Shown here in pieces: positions 19,911 through 29,806 of a stretch of 64,000 nt of DNA (the stretch's first letter is position 1; every line of letters begins with the position of its first letter). The stretch spans positions 85,800-149,799 of the forward strand of contig FR890815.1 of the NCBI GenBank assembly GCA_000433035.1, read 5' to 3'. Source of the stretch: Staphylococcus sp. CAG:324. GTDB lineage: Bacteria > Bacillota_I > Bacilli_A > ML615J-28 > CAG-313. A model generated the notes under the pieces. The model did no database searches. It saw only the letters and a list, made by a program, of their open reading frames with translations, and was not told the DNA's origin. Made by a program: the position numbers and the translations under genes.

Positions 19911-20531
19911 ATGATGAAGAGAAAATATTTGCTCATTTTATATTTAGTTTTTGTATGTGTAGTTTTAATCACATCATCAACTCTAGCTAAATATATTCAC
20001 ACATCTACAACTAAAACTAGTTTTACAATTGGTGATAAATTATATTTTAATTATGAAAGATCGGATTTATTTAGAAATAATCAGTTAATTGTAGGATATG
20101 AAACCGAATATGATGATGATGGCATCATCCATAAAAGAATTGAAACAATGAATGTAATGCCAGGAGATGATTTAAGTTACCATTTTTATGTCAGCAATTA
20201 TAATTCAAAAACATTAGATTATAATGGGTTAGTAGGCGAGTTTCTTCCTATTACCACCGCAATGATTTCACTTCCTGTAAAAGGGCAAACGTATGATGTC
20301 AATTGTACAATAAGTTTTAGGCAAGTACCTACAGATGGAAGTGTAGCAACAACACAATTTTCATTGTTGACTAATAAGATAGCTTTACCACCATATGAAC
20401 AAGAAAAGGTAAAATATGAATTTAAAATCAATTGCATTTTAGATGATCAGTTATCAAATACAACAAGTGATGACTATTTTGGAGCAACTTTATCCATTTA
20501 CTTATTTATCAATGCTGCATCTAGTATTTAA
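19911..20531 (+). CDS. small secreted TasA-like protein with SipW-cognate-type signal peptide
   Basis: ..LITSSTLAKYIHTST. C-terminal YEFKINCILDDQ..DDYFGATLSIYLFI resembles the shared C-terminal strand motif. RBS AAAGGAG. Confidence 0.5.
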   Translation: MMKRKYLLILYLVFVCVVLITSSTLAKYIHTSTTKTSFTIGDKLYFNYERSDLFRNNQLIVGYETEYDDDGIIHKRIETMNVMPGDDLSYHFYVSNYNSKTLDYNGLVGEFLPITTAMISLPVKGQTYDVNCTISFRQVPTDGSVATTQFSLLTNKIALPPYEQEKVKYEFKINCILDDQLSNTTSDDYFGATLSIYLFINAASSI

Positions 20532-20554
20532 TCCATAGAAAGAAGGAGGATTTT

Positions 20555-21733
20555 ATGATAGAAAGAAAAATATTTAATATGCGGTTACATGTTTTACTGA
20601 TGTTAGTATTTTTATTTGTTATTCTTTTACTTGTCAATATATCATTCAATCCGACTTCATCAAGATATATTAAACAAGAAAAAGATGAGATTTTGGCTTT
20701 ATATACTTCTCTTTATTTTAATAGTGATAGAAATCATATGAGTATGTCATTAGAAGATAACAAAGGGTATGTGAATTTTAAATTGATGAATTATATTGGT
20801 GAAGATGTTACGCAAAGAGATATTGAATATATAATTGAAAAACCTTCTAAATTTTATAACTCTAAAGGCGAAGTTATGGAAAACCCTAGTGGTGAGGAAG
20901 ATTTGTATGTTTTAGATGTATGGGGAAAACCTAAAAAAATTGGTAATGATACATATAAATATCAATCAACAATTGTTCAAAATGATGGAGAAATAAGCGA
21001 TGGGGGAAATTATACTTTTCTATATGAAAAACTGGGTTCTAGTGCCGTGGGCAAAACCCATAATTTAACAATTCAGATGGTTAGAGAAGAAAGTACTGAA
21101 ATGACAAGAGTAGAAAATGTTTCTGTGGTAGTTCAACTCATCAAACCTTATCGAGAAGTTTTTATTATCGATATTCTTGTTTCTAATCGATTAATTGTTT
21201 TTTCTCAAACTGTGAGTGAAGTTTTTGAAACACAAAATCAAGTTCTTTATATTCAATCAAGTAATATCTATTCACATTATAAAAGCAATGGTGAATATTA
21301 TCCGAGAACAGCAAATATCAATGGTGAGGTTTATGAATATACTTCTAAAGCATTTTTGGTTACAATTTATTGGGATCATGTCTTGTTAAATCTTCATATG
21401 TTAGATGATATTCATATAGGTATTGGTGAAAACCCTAGTAATTTAGATATTACAAAACCTTATATTGTTGATGTTTACACTCAGAAAGACCGCGGATATT
21501 TAGAAATATATATTCCTCAAGCTTCCAATTTTCATTTGAATTTTTTACCAACCACAACTGCTTATACAATAGATGCGAAAATTGAAGTATGTGTCAGAAA
21601 AAATGATGGTTTAGAAACCTATGTTTTATATGATGAACAGTTTGGAGGATATGAACATATTAAAAAGGCTAATTTGCCTAATAAAAATGATGAAAATGTA
21701 GATCAAGAAGTTGTGAATCTTGTTACGAAATAA
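20555..21733 (+). CDS. secreted protein, SipW-cognate-like N-terminus
   Basis: Hydrophobic segment then NPTSSRYIKQ (same [ST]-x-[AS]-[KR]-Y pattern). 392 aa. RBS GAAGGAGG. Confidence 0.5.
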   Translation: MIERKIFNMRLHVLLMLVFLFVILLLVNISFNPTSSRYIKQEKDEILALYTSLYFNSDRNHMSMSLEDNKGYVNFKLMNYIGEDVTQRDIEYIIEKPSKFYNSKGEVMENPSGEEDLYVLDVWGKPKKIGNDTYKYQSTIVQNDGEISDGGNYTFLYEKLGSSAVGKTHNLTIQMVREESTEMTRVENVSVVVQLIKPYREVFIIDILVSNRLIVFSQTVSEVFETQNQVLYIQSSNIYSHYKSNGEYYPRTANINGEVYEYTSKAFLVTIYWDHVLLNLHMLDDIHIGIGENPSNLDITKPYIVDVYTQKDRGYLEIYIPQASNFHLNFLPTTTAYTIDAKIEVCVRKNDGLETYVLYDEQFGGYEHIKKANLPNKNDENVDQEVVNLVTK

Positions 21734-21754
21734 AAAAGAAAGGAGATAGCAACG

Positions 21755-24700
21755 ATGAGAAAAATTTTTACAATTGGCTCAATAGTGATGTCGGCTTTCA
21801 TCGGAATCGTAGTGATTTGTCTGATTGCTTTTATCATTAAACCTCAAGAGAAAGTAAATGCGGCCGAAGAATATACCCTAACGGTAAACAAAGTTTCTAC
21901 AATTAGTGTGTATGTTAGCGGTCAAGGAGTAAAACTAAAGGATAGTACTTTAGATGTGGATACCTATATTGTAGAGGAAAATACAGAAGTTACGATTAGA
22001 GCAATTAATGAATCAAGAATTTTTCAAAGTTGGGTTATTACAGATGATAATAATCAAACTTTACCTCAAAATGGTGCTACTACTCATATCTTGTCTTTTA
22101 TTCCTAATTGTAATATGCATATTGCAACGATGAGAAAAGATGCCACAACAGAAGATTATGGTAGATATATGTATAATCGTTTTTTAATTGAAACCGCACA
22201 AGATTTAATTGATTTACAAGATATTATTGCTTATGGAAACAATGTCAAAGATACTGATACAAGCATCATTGAAAAATATGATCATTTTTATGATAAATTT
22301 AGTGAATATGCGAATTTAACCACCAATAAAGAAAAGGCTAATTTTATTATCAATCATAATTTATATGATCGCCTTCAAACGGGATACTTTTTAGTTGCCA
22401 ATAATTTATCTTTATATGATGAAAATTTTACAGGAATTGGCAATAAAAACAGACCATTTAGAGGTGTTATGTGTGGACTTAGTAATAATGAAATCTCAAG
22501 TATTTTTTTAACATTAAGTACTACGGAGGCTAGTGATGAACATTATTATGGTCTTTTTGGTTATCTAGATAAAGAAGCAGTTGTTAGAAATTTGAATATT
22601 ACAACTAGCATTGGTATTAGTAAAAATGAGTCTATTAGTCAAAACACAATTTATGCAGGGGGTCTAGCAGGGCAAATCAATGAGGCTTTACTTTCTAATG
22701 TGACAGTAAAATTAAGTACAGGTATTCATGCTAATGATGCTACCATTTATGTTGGAGGGATTGCCGGAAAGATGAATGGCGGACTTGATGAAATGAATAC
22801 AGTCAAATATGATGGCAATCAAGGAAGTTGGATTATTCAATCAAACTCTAGTCATAATATATATGTCGGTTTAGTATCAGGATATGGAACAAATGTCTAT
22901 ATCAATCGTTTTGATGTGGATACATCGGGACTTTCAATTGATGTAAGCAATTTTAAGATGGGAAATTACAATACCAATAGTAATATTTATGCGGGAAATC
23001 TTTTTGGTTATTTAGACATCACAAAGGATACAAGAATCAATCATATTCATTTTAATGGTAAACAAAAACAAACACTCTATGCTAGTATGAATATTGGCAA
23101 TGCATATGTCGGAGGATTAGTAGGATATGTATATGCGAATGCTAATTTAGATGTCGGAGTTGTTCAATTTGATAATAGTGATAGTGAAAAATCCCTATTT
23201 ACAGCTCAATCATTAGATAGCAATAGTCAAGCCAATGTATATACTGCTGGTCTTTTTGGTTATGTGTTAGGGAATTATTTAAATGCGAATGAGGATTTTA
23301 AAAATGCCATTACAACTACAGAAATTGATGGGAAAATAGTATATAACTATCGATATTTGTTTAATGGTAACTATCAAATCCAATCTTTACAAAATGGTAA
23401 AGAAGACAAAAACAATACTTTTGGTAAAAGTATTGCGGGGGGGATTGTTGCGAAGGGTTTGTTTAACATAAATGGTCTTTCGGAAAATCAAAGAAGTGAA
23501 ATCTTTTTATCTAGTGAACAATCATCTTTTCAAGTTAGTGCTATACAGACAAGTTCCGCTAATCATATAGAGGGGAAACAAATTGATATAACAACGGATA
23601 AGGAGCACTGTATTGCAGGATTAGTATTTGGTGTAATATCCAAAGAAACTTTTGCGTATACCTTTAAAAATATAAATATCTATGCTAATCATGCGGATGT
23701 TTTAGCAATTAGAGAAATAGGGTCTTTAGGAATCGGTGATCTATCAACTGGTGGTTTTATCGGTTATTCGATGGGAACAAGTTATTCAAATATAGCATTG
23801 TATTTAAATAATGGATCAATTCAATCAAGAAGTTTATCTTATGAAACTAAAAATGCTCAAGTTGATACCAATAATACATATTGTGGTGGCTTTATTGGTG
23901 ATTTTAGAGGACCAAATGCTACAATGCATAATATTAAGATAGACGGGTATGATTTTAAAAATCAAAAACAAATGGGGACAACAACGAAAATCGAATCCAT
24001 TCAAAACACTATTCCAGGGGGAGGAGATTATAGAGGAGAAAACTATACTGGTGGTCTAATTGGGCGAATTTATCAAGTATCTCGTGTTGAGGCATCATCC
24101 TATATTGGTTCAAATTTAGATACAGATAGCATTCAAATGCAAGGTCATGAAAGTCCAGATAGTGCTTTTTGTGGTGGTTTAATTGGATTTATTAAAAATA
24201 ATGCTAAGACAGATACGGAAAAAATCATCCTTTCTAATTGTATGGTTAAAAATGCTTTAATAGATGGAAGGGCAACCACAACAATTATATATGGAAATCC
24301 TGATATATATGTTTCGGGTTTAGTGGGAGCATGTTATACTTCAGATTCATTTAATACAGTATATATTGAAAGTTCTAACGTATATCATAGCACTATTCAA
24401 TGTTTGGGCAATGAACGAATTGAGGCTTTTGCATCAGGTATTTTAGGAGCAGCCACTTGGGCGGGAACGCATTATATAAATGATTGTTATGTATATGGAT
24501 CTAAAATTGTGGCAACTTCTAATTCCGCCACTGATTTGGCAACTCCACGTAAAGATAATGCCTATGTTGCCGGAATTTGTTCACATCTAACATCAACAAC
24601 AATGTATGTCAATCATTGTGTAGTTGTAGACTCTTTGTTAGATTCAATCTCTCAAAATGGTGATTCATTTGCAAGTGGAATGGTTTATCATTATCAATCG

Positions 24701-27700
24701 AGTAATATACAAATAGAAAATTGTTATACAAACTCCTATCTCAATACTGCAAGTAATAATTATCCAATTACAAATAGAGGTAGTTGCAATAGAAGTTATT
24801 ATGTTTTGCAAAATGTAACTCATGTTTCTTCTGATTTAGGAATTGCCTTAGATTTTTCAAGACAACAAGTAAGTGGTAAAAATGTGCGTATTACAAGTAT
24901 TTTAACTGGATTGAATAATGATGATGGAATGGGAATAAAAATATTGCCAGTTTTAAAATCGAATGAATATTTTAACATAAACAATGGTGGTACTAGTAAT
25001 ATCGTTTCGCTTGATTATATTGGACAAGATAATGATCGAAGGACAAATATTATCAATATTTGGATCAATGCCAAAGAAGAAGGTAGCAGTAGGAGTCCAA
25101 ATGAATACGATGACTTTGAGGCAATGTATAATGATGGATGGTTCGATTTAGGTGAAATCATTATTTATAATCAAGAAAAAGATACTAGTAATGAAAAGAA
25201 TAATATTGAATTTTTGGAAACATATTATATAGATCAAGATAATAAGTATGTATATGATAGAAAGACCTCAGATGGGAAAACGTATTTAAAGAATGTAAAT
25301 TATCCTTTTAATTTAATTCAAAGCGGTTATGAAGAAATAGGGAGTAGTGAGGTAATCAAGGATATTTCCGTCATTAGAGAATATATTGTAAAAATATATG
25401 ATAATATGCCTTATATGCAATTCCAATTTAAAGTGAAAAAAGAAATCCCTATATATTTAAATACTTTATGGGATTCTAATGGCAATGAAACAATTGTAGA
25501 AAATGATTCCATCATTGGAATTGGAGAATTCAACTATACGTATGAAATTGTCGATGCATATACTGTTTATACCATTACATGGGTTCCTAATCAATTATTA
25601 AAAGAAGATCAAACTTTTTATTTATCTTTTAAAATCGGTAGTGGTAATTTTTATGATGAATCTTGTCTAAAGTTTAGTTTAAAAGCAAACAAAAAGAAGT
25701 TAGAAGGGGTCACTTTTGCGGAATACACACCACCTATCAATTATTATTTAGCAGGTATTGATGAAACGTTGGGTGTAACGAAAGATAATCCTTATTTATT
25801 AAGAGCAGGATCAATTACTAAATTTATTCCAATCATTCAAAAAGTAAATGATTTTGATAATACGCAATATTATGATGATACAAATGCTGAGTATGTAACA
25901 TATGAATCAACATATGGTACAATAAAAAGCAGTGGTGATTTAATTGTTAATCAAGTTTCGAATCAAGTCTATCAAATCACAGTTACGTTAAAAGATGACC
26001 CAACTCAAAAACAAGTCATTTATTTTAAAGTAATTGATCAGTATAGTGTTTCTTATACTACAATAGGAGCCAATATGGAGTGTATAACTTACGCTTCAAG
26101 TAGCAGTGATTACTATTTTAAAATTGTTTCAAAAGCGAATTATAGTAGCATTCCTAATCAATTTATTATCAATATTGGCAGTCAAACTTATGATTTATTA
26201 AATGATTTTAATGGAATTAGAGTTTATGATGATAATATGAATCAAATAGATACATTTATTGATAATGTAAAATATTATGAAATATATGTTCCTAGTAATT
26301 TAATAACAGGAGAAATGAATATATCTATTGTTTTTCCTATTATATATACAATAACATTAGATTTACAATGTGGTGATTTTAACCATCATTTTATTGAATC
26401 CGAACAAAAAGTATATCGATTAGTTGAGAATACTAGCTTTAAAGATTTCTTTACAAGCGATTTAATCAATGAAATCAATGATTGGGTTCAAAGTGCTACC
26501 CTTTTTGGTTATGTGTTTACGGGATTTTATTTGGTTTCTAATGCGAATAGTGAAAATGCTTATGGTGAAAGTTTAGATTCAATTCAAGAATCTGATATGA
26601 AGATTACTGCCTCACTTACTTTTTATGCAAGATGGAGTTTTTTAATTGAATTAGTAGAAGCTCCTGGTACTAAAATAGTAACTAGTTTTCCAGATTCATA
26701 TATGAAAGATTATTATGAGGAAAATCTGCTTAATCAAACCATTCAAATTCCCATTAACAATAATAGGGGATATGTATTTACAGTTAGCAAAGAGGATAAT
26801 TTTGTTGGCGAGGCATATGTTGAGGCTTTTATAATAAATTTAATTGGTGAGGAAAAACAAATTACAGAAATACCAATTGAAAAATATTTTGATAATATGT
26901 ATTTATATTATATCGCTCCTGAAAAAATAACAGGATATTTAGTTATTGCTACTTCAATTAGCAATTCAGAGTTAATTGTGGGAGAAAATACAGCTTCAGT
27001 TACAGAAGAAATTTTACCAGAGGATGGTATTTATACTTTTAAATATATTGTAAATCATAAAAATACAAATGAGGAAACTTCATATATTTATAATAGTGGA
27101 ATTGAAGAAAATCCGTCTAGCAACCTTTCCTTAAATAAAGATTTTCTTTTACAATTTAAACAACAAAGTTTTGATGGTAACCACACGAATATTATAGATA
27201 GAACCTTAGATTTAGGTACTGTTATTGATGTTTATTATCGAAAAATGGTAAATGGAGTGGAGACAGATAGAATTGTAGGAACTTATAAGGTAAAAGATGA
27301 AAAGATATCCCAATTACAATTAAGTGCTTTTACGCTTTGGGATTTACAAACACCAGCCTTTCCTGTTGAAACATTTCAAGATTTTCTAGGTAATGAGGAA
27401 GAAGTTTCAGAAATATATTATTTTGTCATTACTCCACCTAATGGTATATGTAGTAAAGTAGAAAATGAAATTATAAATTATATTATTTATGCGGGATATT
27501 ATAATTCGACTACTTTTGACTTTGTTGAAGGAATTAGAAATAATGAAGGGTTTGCTAATATTCCGATTGAAGATACTTTAATAGATCAAGTTATGATTGA
27601 GTCAAGTAAGCAAAGCAGAATATATTCAGTTACTCCTTCTCGACATACTGATTTGATAAAAGATGAAGAGAATAGTTTTACATTTATTGATGAAACAACC

Positions 27701-28459
27701 TATCATCTTTTTGATCTTGTGGCAACTGATGCCAAAATTCAAAATGGAATATTCTATTTGTTTGATGATGAAGATCAAAATAGTATAATTGTTTCTAAAG
27801 AAATGAAATTTGGATTAAATGCTTTAAGGTTAACTTTAGGATATAATTTAGGTAGTGTAGCTATTTATGGTAGTGGGGATGGTATCCTTTGGCAGTTCGT
27901 TGATACCATTTATGTTGATACATTAGAAAATAAAATTTATGAAGTTGATTTTAGTTCTTTTGATTATAATTATTTTAAAATTGATAATACCTCATACAAT
28001 GAAATTCATTTGAAAGAAGTAGAAGTTATTGCTAAATCAAATGGTATGCGTTATCAAACAGATTTTAGTAATCAATCCCATTTTGTTATACATGAAAACT
28101 ACATCACTTATACCTTGAATACAAAATTACAAGGTGATATTCGACATGATGGCAAAACTTTTATGCTTGCTACTCAGTTTATAGAAAAGAATGGGATTTG
28201 TGAAAGTATGGGCAAGATTCAATTAAGCGTTATGATTGATGATCAAATCATTTTTGTTGATGCCATAGATGATGATGCTGTAGGAAAGAATGTAGTTTAT
28301 TTTAATTTAAGTTCCATCTTACAAACGTATAGTCTAGAACAAATAAAGTTTTCCATTATTATGCCAGAATCTATATCGTTATATGCTGTTCAATTATTAG
28401 AATCTACTACGATTTATAAGCCTGCAATGTCAGAGGTAAGAAAAACAATAATCAATTAA
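21755..28459 (+). CDS. giant (2234 aa) surface adhesin-like protein: GLUG-motif repeat region, Listeria-Bacteroides repeat, C-terminal beta-sandwich domains
   Basis: Signal-anchor then VNAAEEYT. More than 14 GG[LIV][AIV]G repeats (YAGGLAGQ, YVGGIAGK, YVGGLVGY, STGGFIGY, YCGGFIGD, YTGGLIGR, FCGGLIGF, YVSGLVGA ...) between roughly nt 22600-24600. Flg_new-like GYVFTGFY...FYARW near nt 26520-26640. RBS AAAGGAG. Confidence 0.7.
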   Translation: MRKIFTIGSIVMSAFIGIVVICLIAFIIKPQEKVNAAEEYTLTVNKVSTISVYVSGQGVKLKDSTLDVDTYIVEENTEVTIRAINESRIFQSWVITDDNNQTLPQNGATTHILSFIPNCNMHIATMRKDATTEDYGRYMYNRFLIETAQDLIDLQDIIAYGNNVKDTDTSIIEKYDHFYDKFSEYANLTTNKEKANFIINHNLYDRLQTGYFLVANNLSLYDENFTGIGNKNRPFRGVMCGLSNNEISSIFLTLSTTEASDEHYYGLFGYLDKEAVVRNLNITTSIGISKNESISQNTIYAGGLAGQINEALLSNVTVKLSTGIHANDATIYVGGIAGKMNGGLDEMNTVKYDGNQGSWIIQSNSSHNIYVGLVSGYGTNVYINRFDVDTSGLSIDVSNFKMGNYNTNSNIYAGNLFGYLDITKDTRINHIHFNGKQKQTLYASMNIGNAYVGGLVGYVYANANLDVGVVQFDNSDSEKSLFTAQSLDSNSQANVYTAGLFGYVLGNYLNANEDFKNAITTTEIDGKIVYNYRYLFNGNYQIQSLQNGKEDKNNTFGKSIAGGIVAKGLFNINGLSENQRSEIFLSSEQSSFQVSAIQTSSANHIEGKQIDITTDKEHCIAGLVFGVISKETFAYTFKNINIYANHADVLAIREIGSLGIGDLSTGGFIGYSMGTSYSNIALYLNNGSIQSRSLSYETKNAQVDTNNTYCGGFIGDFRGPNATMHNIKIDGYDFKNQKQMGTTTKIESIQNTIPGGGDYRGENYTGGLIGRIYQVSRVEASSYIGSNLDTDSIQMQGHESPDSAFCGGLIGFIKNNAKTDTEKIILSNCMVKNALIDGRATTTIIYGNPDIYVSGLVGACYTSDSFNTVYIESSNVYHSTIQCLGNERIEAFASGILGAATWAGTHYINDCYVYGSKIVATSNSATDLATPRKDNAYVAGICSHLTSTTMYVNHCVVVDSLLDSISQNGDSFASGMVYHYQSSNIQIENCYTNSYLNTASNNYPITNRGSCNRSYYVLQNVTHVSSDLGIALDFSRQQVSGKNVRITSILTGLNNDDGMGIKILPVLKSNEYFNINNGGTSNIVSLDYIGQDNDRRTNIINIWINAKEEGSSRSPNEYDDFEAMYNDGWFDLGEIIIYNQEKDTSNEKNNIEFLETYYIDQDNKYVYDRKTSDGKTYLKNVNYPFNLIQSGYEEIGSSEVIKDISVIREYIVKIYDNMPYMQFQFKVKKEIPIYLNTLWDSNGNETIVENDSIIGIGEFNYTYEIVDAYTVYTITWVPNQLLKEDQTFYLSFKIGSGNFYDESCLKFSLKANKKKLEGVTFAEYTPPINYYLAGIDETLGVTKDNPYLLRAGSITKFIPIIQKVNDFDNTQYYDDTNAEYVTYESTYGTIKSSGDLIVNQVSNQVYQITVTLKDDPTQKQVIYFKVIDQYSVSYTTIGANMECITYASSSSDYYFKIVSKANYSSIPNQFIINIGSQTYDLLNDFNGIRVYDDNMNQIDTFIDNVKYYEIYVPSNLITGEMNISIVFPIIYTITLDLQCGDFNHHFIESEQKVYRLVENTSFKDFFTSDLINEINDWVQSATLFGYVFTGFYLVSNANSENAYGESLDSIQESDMKITASLTFYARWSFLIELVEAPGTKIVTSFPDSYMKDYYEENLLNQTIQIPINNNRGYVFTVSKEDNFVGEAYVEAFIINLIGEEKQITEIPIEKYFDNMYLYYIAPEKITGYLVIATSISNSELIVGENTASVTEEILPEDGIYTFKYIVNHKNTNEETSYIYNSGIEENPSSNLSLNKDFLLQFKQQSFDGNHTNIIDRTLDLGTVIDVYYRKMVNGVETDRIVGTYKVKDEKISQLQLSAFTLWDLQTPAFPVETFQDFLGNEEEVSEIYYFVITPPNGICSKVENEIINYIIYAGYYNSTTFDFVEGIRNNEGFANIPIEDTLIDQVMIESSKQSRIYSVTPSRHTDLIKDEENSFTFIDETTYHLFDLVATDAKIQNGIFYLFDDEDQNSIIVSKEMKFGLNALRLTLGYNLGSVAIYGSGDGILWQFVDTIYVDTLENKIYEVDFSSFDYNYFKIDNTSYNEIHLKEVEVIAKSNGMRYQTDFSNQSHFVIHENYITYTLNTKLQGDIRHDGKTFMLATQFIEKNGICESMGKIQLSVMIDDQIIFVDAIDDDAVGKNVVYFNLSSILQTYSLEQIKFSIIMPESISLYAVQLLESTTIYKPAMSEVRKTIIN

Positions 28460-28513
28460 AAATTCAAGAACTTCACATTATCTTATCGTTTTAAGAAAAA
28501 TTTATAAAAAACT

Positions 28514-28542
28514 TTGACAAATTAAAAAAAATATGTTATAAT
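28514..28542 (+). promoter_or_regulatory. textbook sigma-A promoter TTGACA-17-TGnTATAAT
   Basis: TTGACA 28514-28519; extended -10 TGTTATAAT 28534-28542. Confidence 0.65.
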
Positions 28543-28625
28543 ATAAATGGTACTGCTAAAATACCGGTTAAGACCATTTTCGGAGGATGATGGTCTTTTC
28601 TTAACATCAGATGAAAAGCAAAATA

Positions 28626-28662
28626 AACCTAACTTTTAATTAGATTAAAGGTTAGGTTTTTT
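28626..28662 (+). terminator. hairpin + T-run ~110 nt downstream of the promoter, upstream of ftsW/spoVE
   Basis: AACCTAACTTTTAAT / ATTAAAGGTTAGGTT then TTTTTT. Confidence 0.6.
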
Positions 28663-28706
28663 CATAATAATGGATTCTTATCATATAATGAAGTGGTGAA
28701 ACAAAT

Positions 28707-29804
28707 ATGATAAAACATCGCATCAATCGAAAATTATTTATTATAATTATTATGTTAGTCATCTTTGGTCTTTTTATGGTTTATAGTGCTAGTAATGTTG
28801 TTGCTTTATATCGATATGATGATAAGGCATATTTTTTAAAAAGACAATTGATTTTTGCCATAATTGGAATTGCAATTATGATTTTATTTATTCATATTGA
28901 TATCAGAAAAATATATAAAGCTACAACTTATATATATGTTGCCGCATTGATTATGTTAATTTTAGTTTTAATTCCTGGAATTGGGGTTGTAAGAGGAGGA
29001 GCAAGAAGTTGGATTGGTTTTGGTTCATTTTCCATTCAACCTGCTGAATTCATGAAACTAGCGATTATCTTACTTATTGCAAAATATTTAAGCAACCATC
29101 ATAAAGATTTAAAAAAACCTATAGAATTTATCAAAATGCTGATCTTAATTGTTAGTGCTTTTGGTCTTATTATGTTACAACCAGATTTTGGAACTGGGTT
29201 GGTTTTGGTCGTTTCTTGTATTTTATTGCTATTTAATGCAGGAGTTCCACTGAAGTATTTTTTAATTTTATTGGGTCTGGGTATTATTGGAATCATAGCT
29301 TTAATTGCGAGTGCTCCTTATAGATTAGAAAGAATATTTGCTTTTTTAGATCCTTGGAGTGACCCGTTAGGAAGTGGTTTTCAAAGCATTCAATCGTTGT
29401 TTGCCATCGCACCTAGTGGTTTGTTTGGTCTAGGTTATAACAATAGTATGCAAAAACATTTCTTTTTACCAGAACCACAAAACGATTTTATTTTTGCTAT
29501 TATATGTGAAGAATTTGGTTTAATTGGTGGTTTGCTTGTAATTGGTGTCTTTTTATATATTGTCATTGAAGCAGTTAAAATATCGCTTCATGTTGATAAT
29601 AAATATTTAAAATTTCTATCGCTGGGTATTGGTTTATCTCTTTTTACACAAGTATTTATTAATATTGGTGTTGTAATTGGTCTTTTACCAGTAACAGGAA
29701 TTACTTTACCTATTCTTTCTTATGGAGGATCTAGTTTAGTGTTAACCCTGATGTTTCTTGGTTTAATTATCAATATCAGTCAATATACGGAAGAGGTGAG
29801 ATAA
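28707..29804 (+). CDS. ftsW: SEDS-family peptidoglycan glycosyltransferase FtsW/SpoVE
   Basis: 10-TM SEDS protein with characteristic C-terminal region (ITLPILSYGGSS). Located 5' of murG-murB. Confidence 0.85.
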   Translation: MIKHRINRKLFIIIIMLVIFGLFMVYSASNVVALYRYDDKAYFLKRQLIFAIIGIAIMILFIHIDIRKIYKATTYIYVAALIMLILVLIPGIGVVRGGARSWIGFGSFSIQPAEFMKLAIILLIAKYLSNHHKDLKKPIEFIKMLILIVSAFGLIMLQPDFGTGLVLVVSCILLLFNAGVPLKYFLILLGLGIIGIIALIASAPYRLERIFAFLDPWSDPLGSGFQSIQSLFAIAPSGLFGLGYNNSMQKHFFLPEPQNDFIFAIICEEFGLIGGLLVIGVFLYIVIEAVKISLHVDNKYLKFLSLGIGLSLFTQVFINIGVVIGLLPVTGITLPILSYGGSSLVLTLMFLGLIINISQYTEEVR

Positions 29805-29806
29805 AG

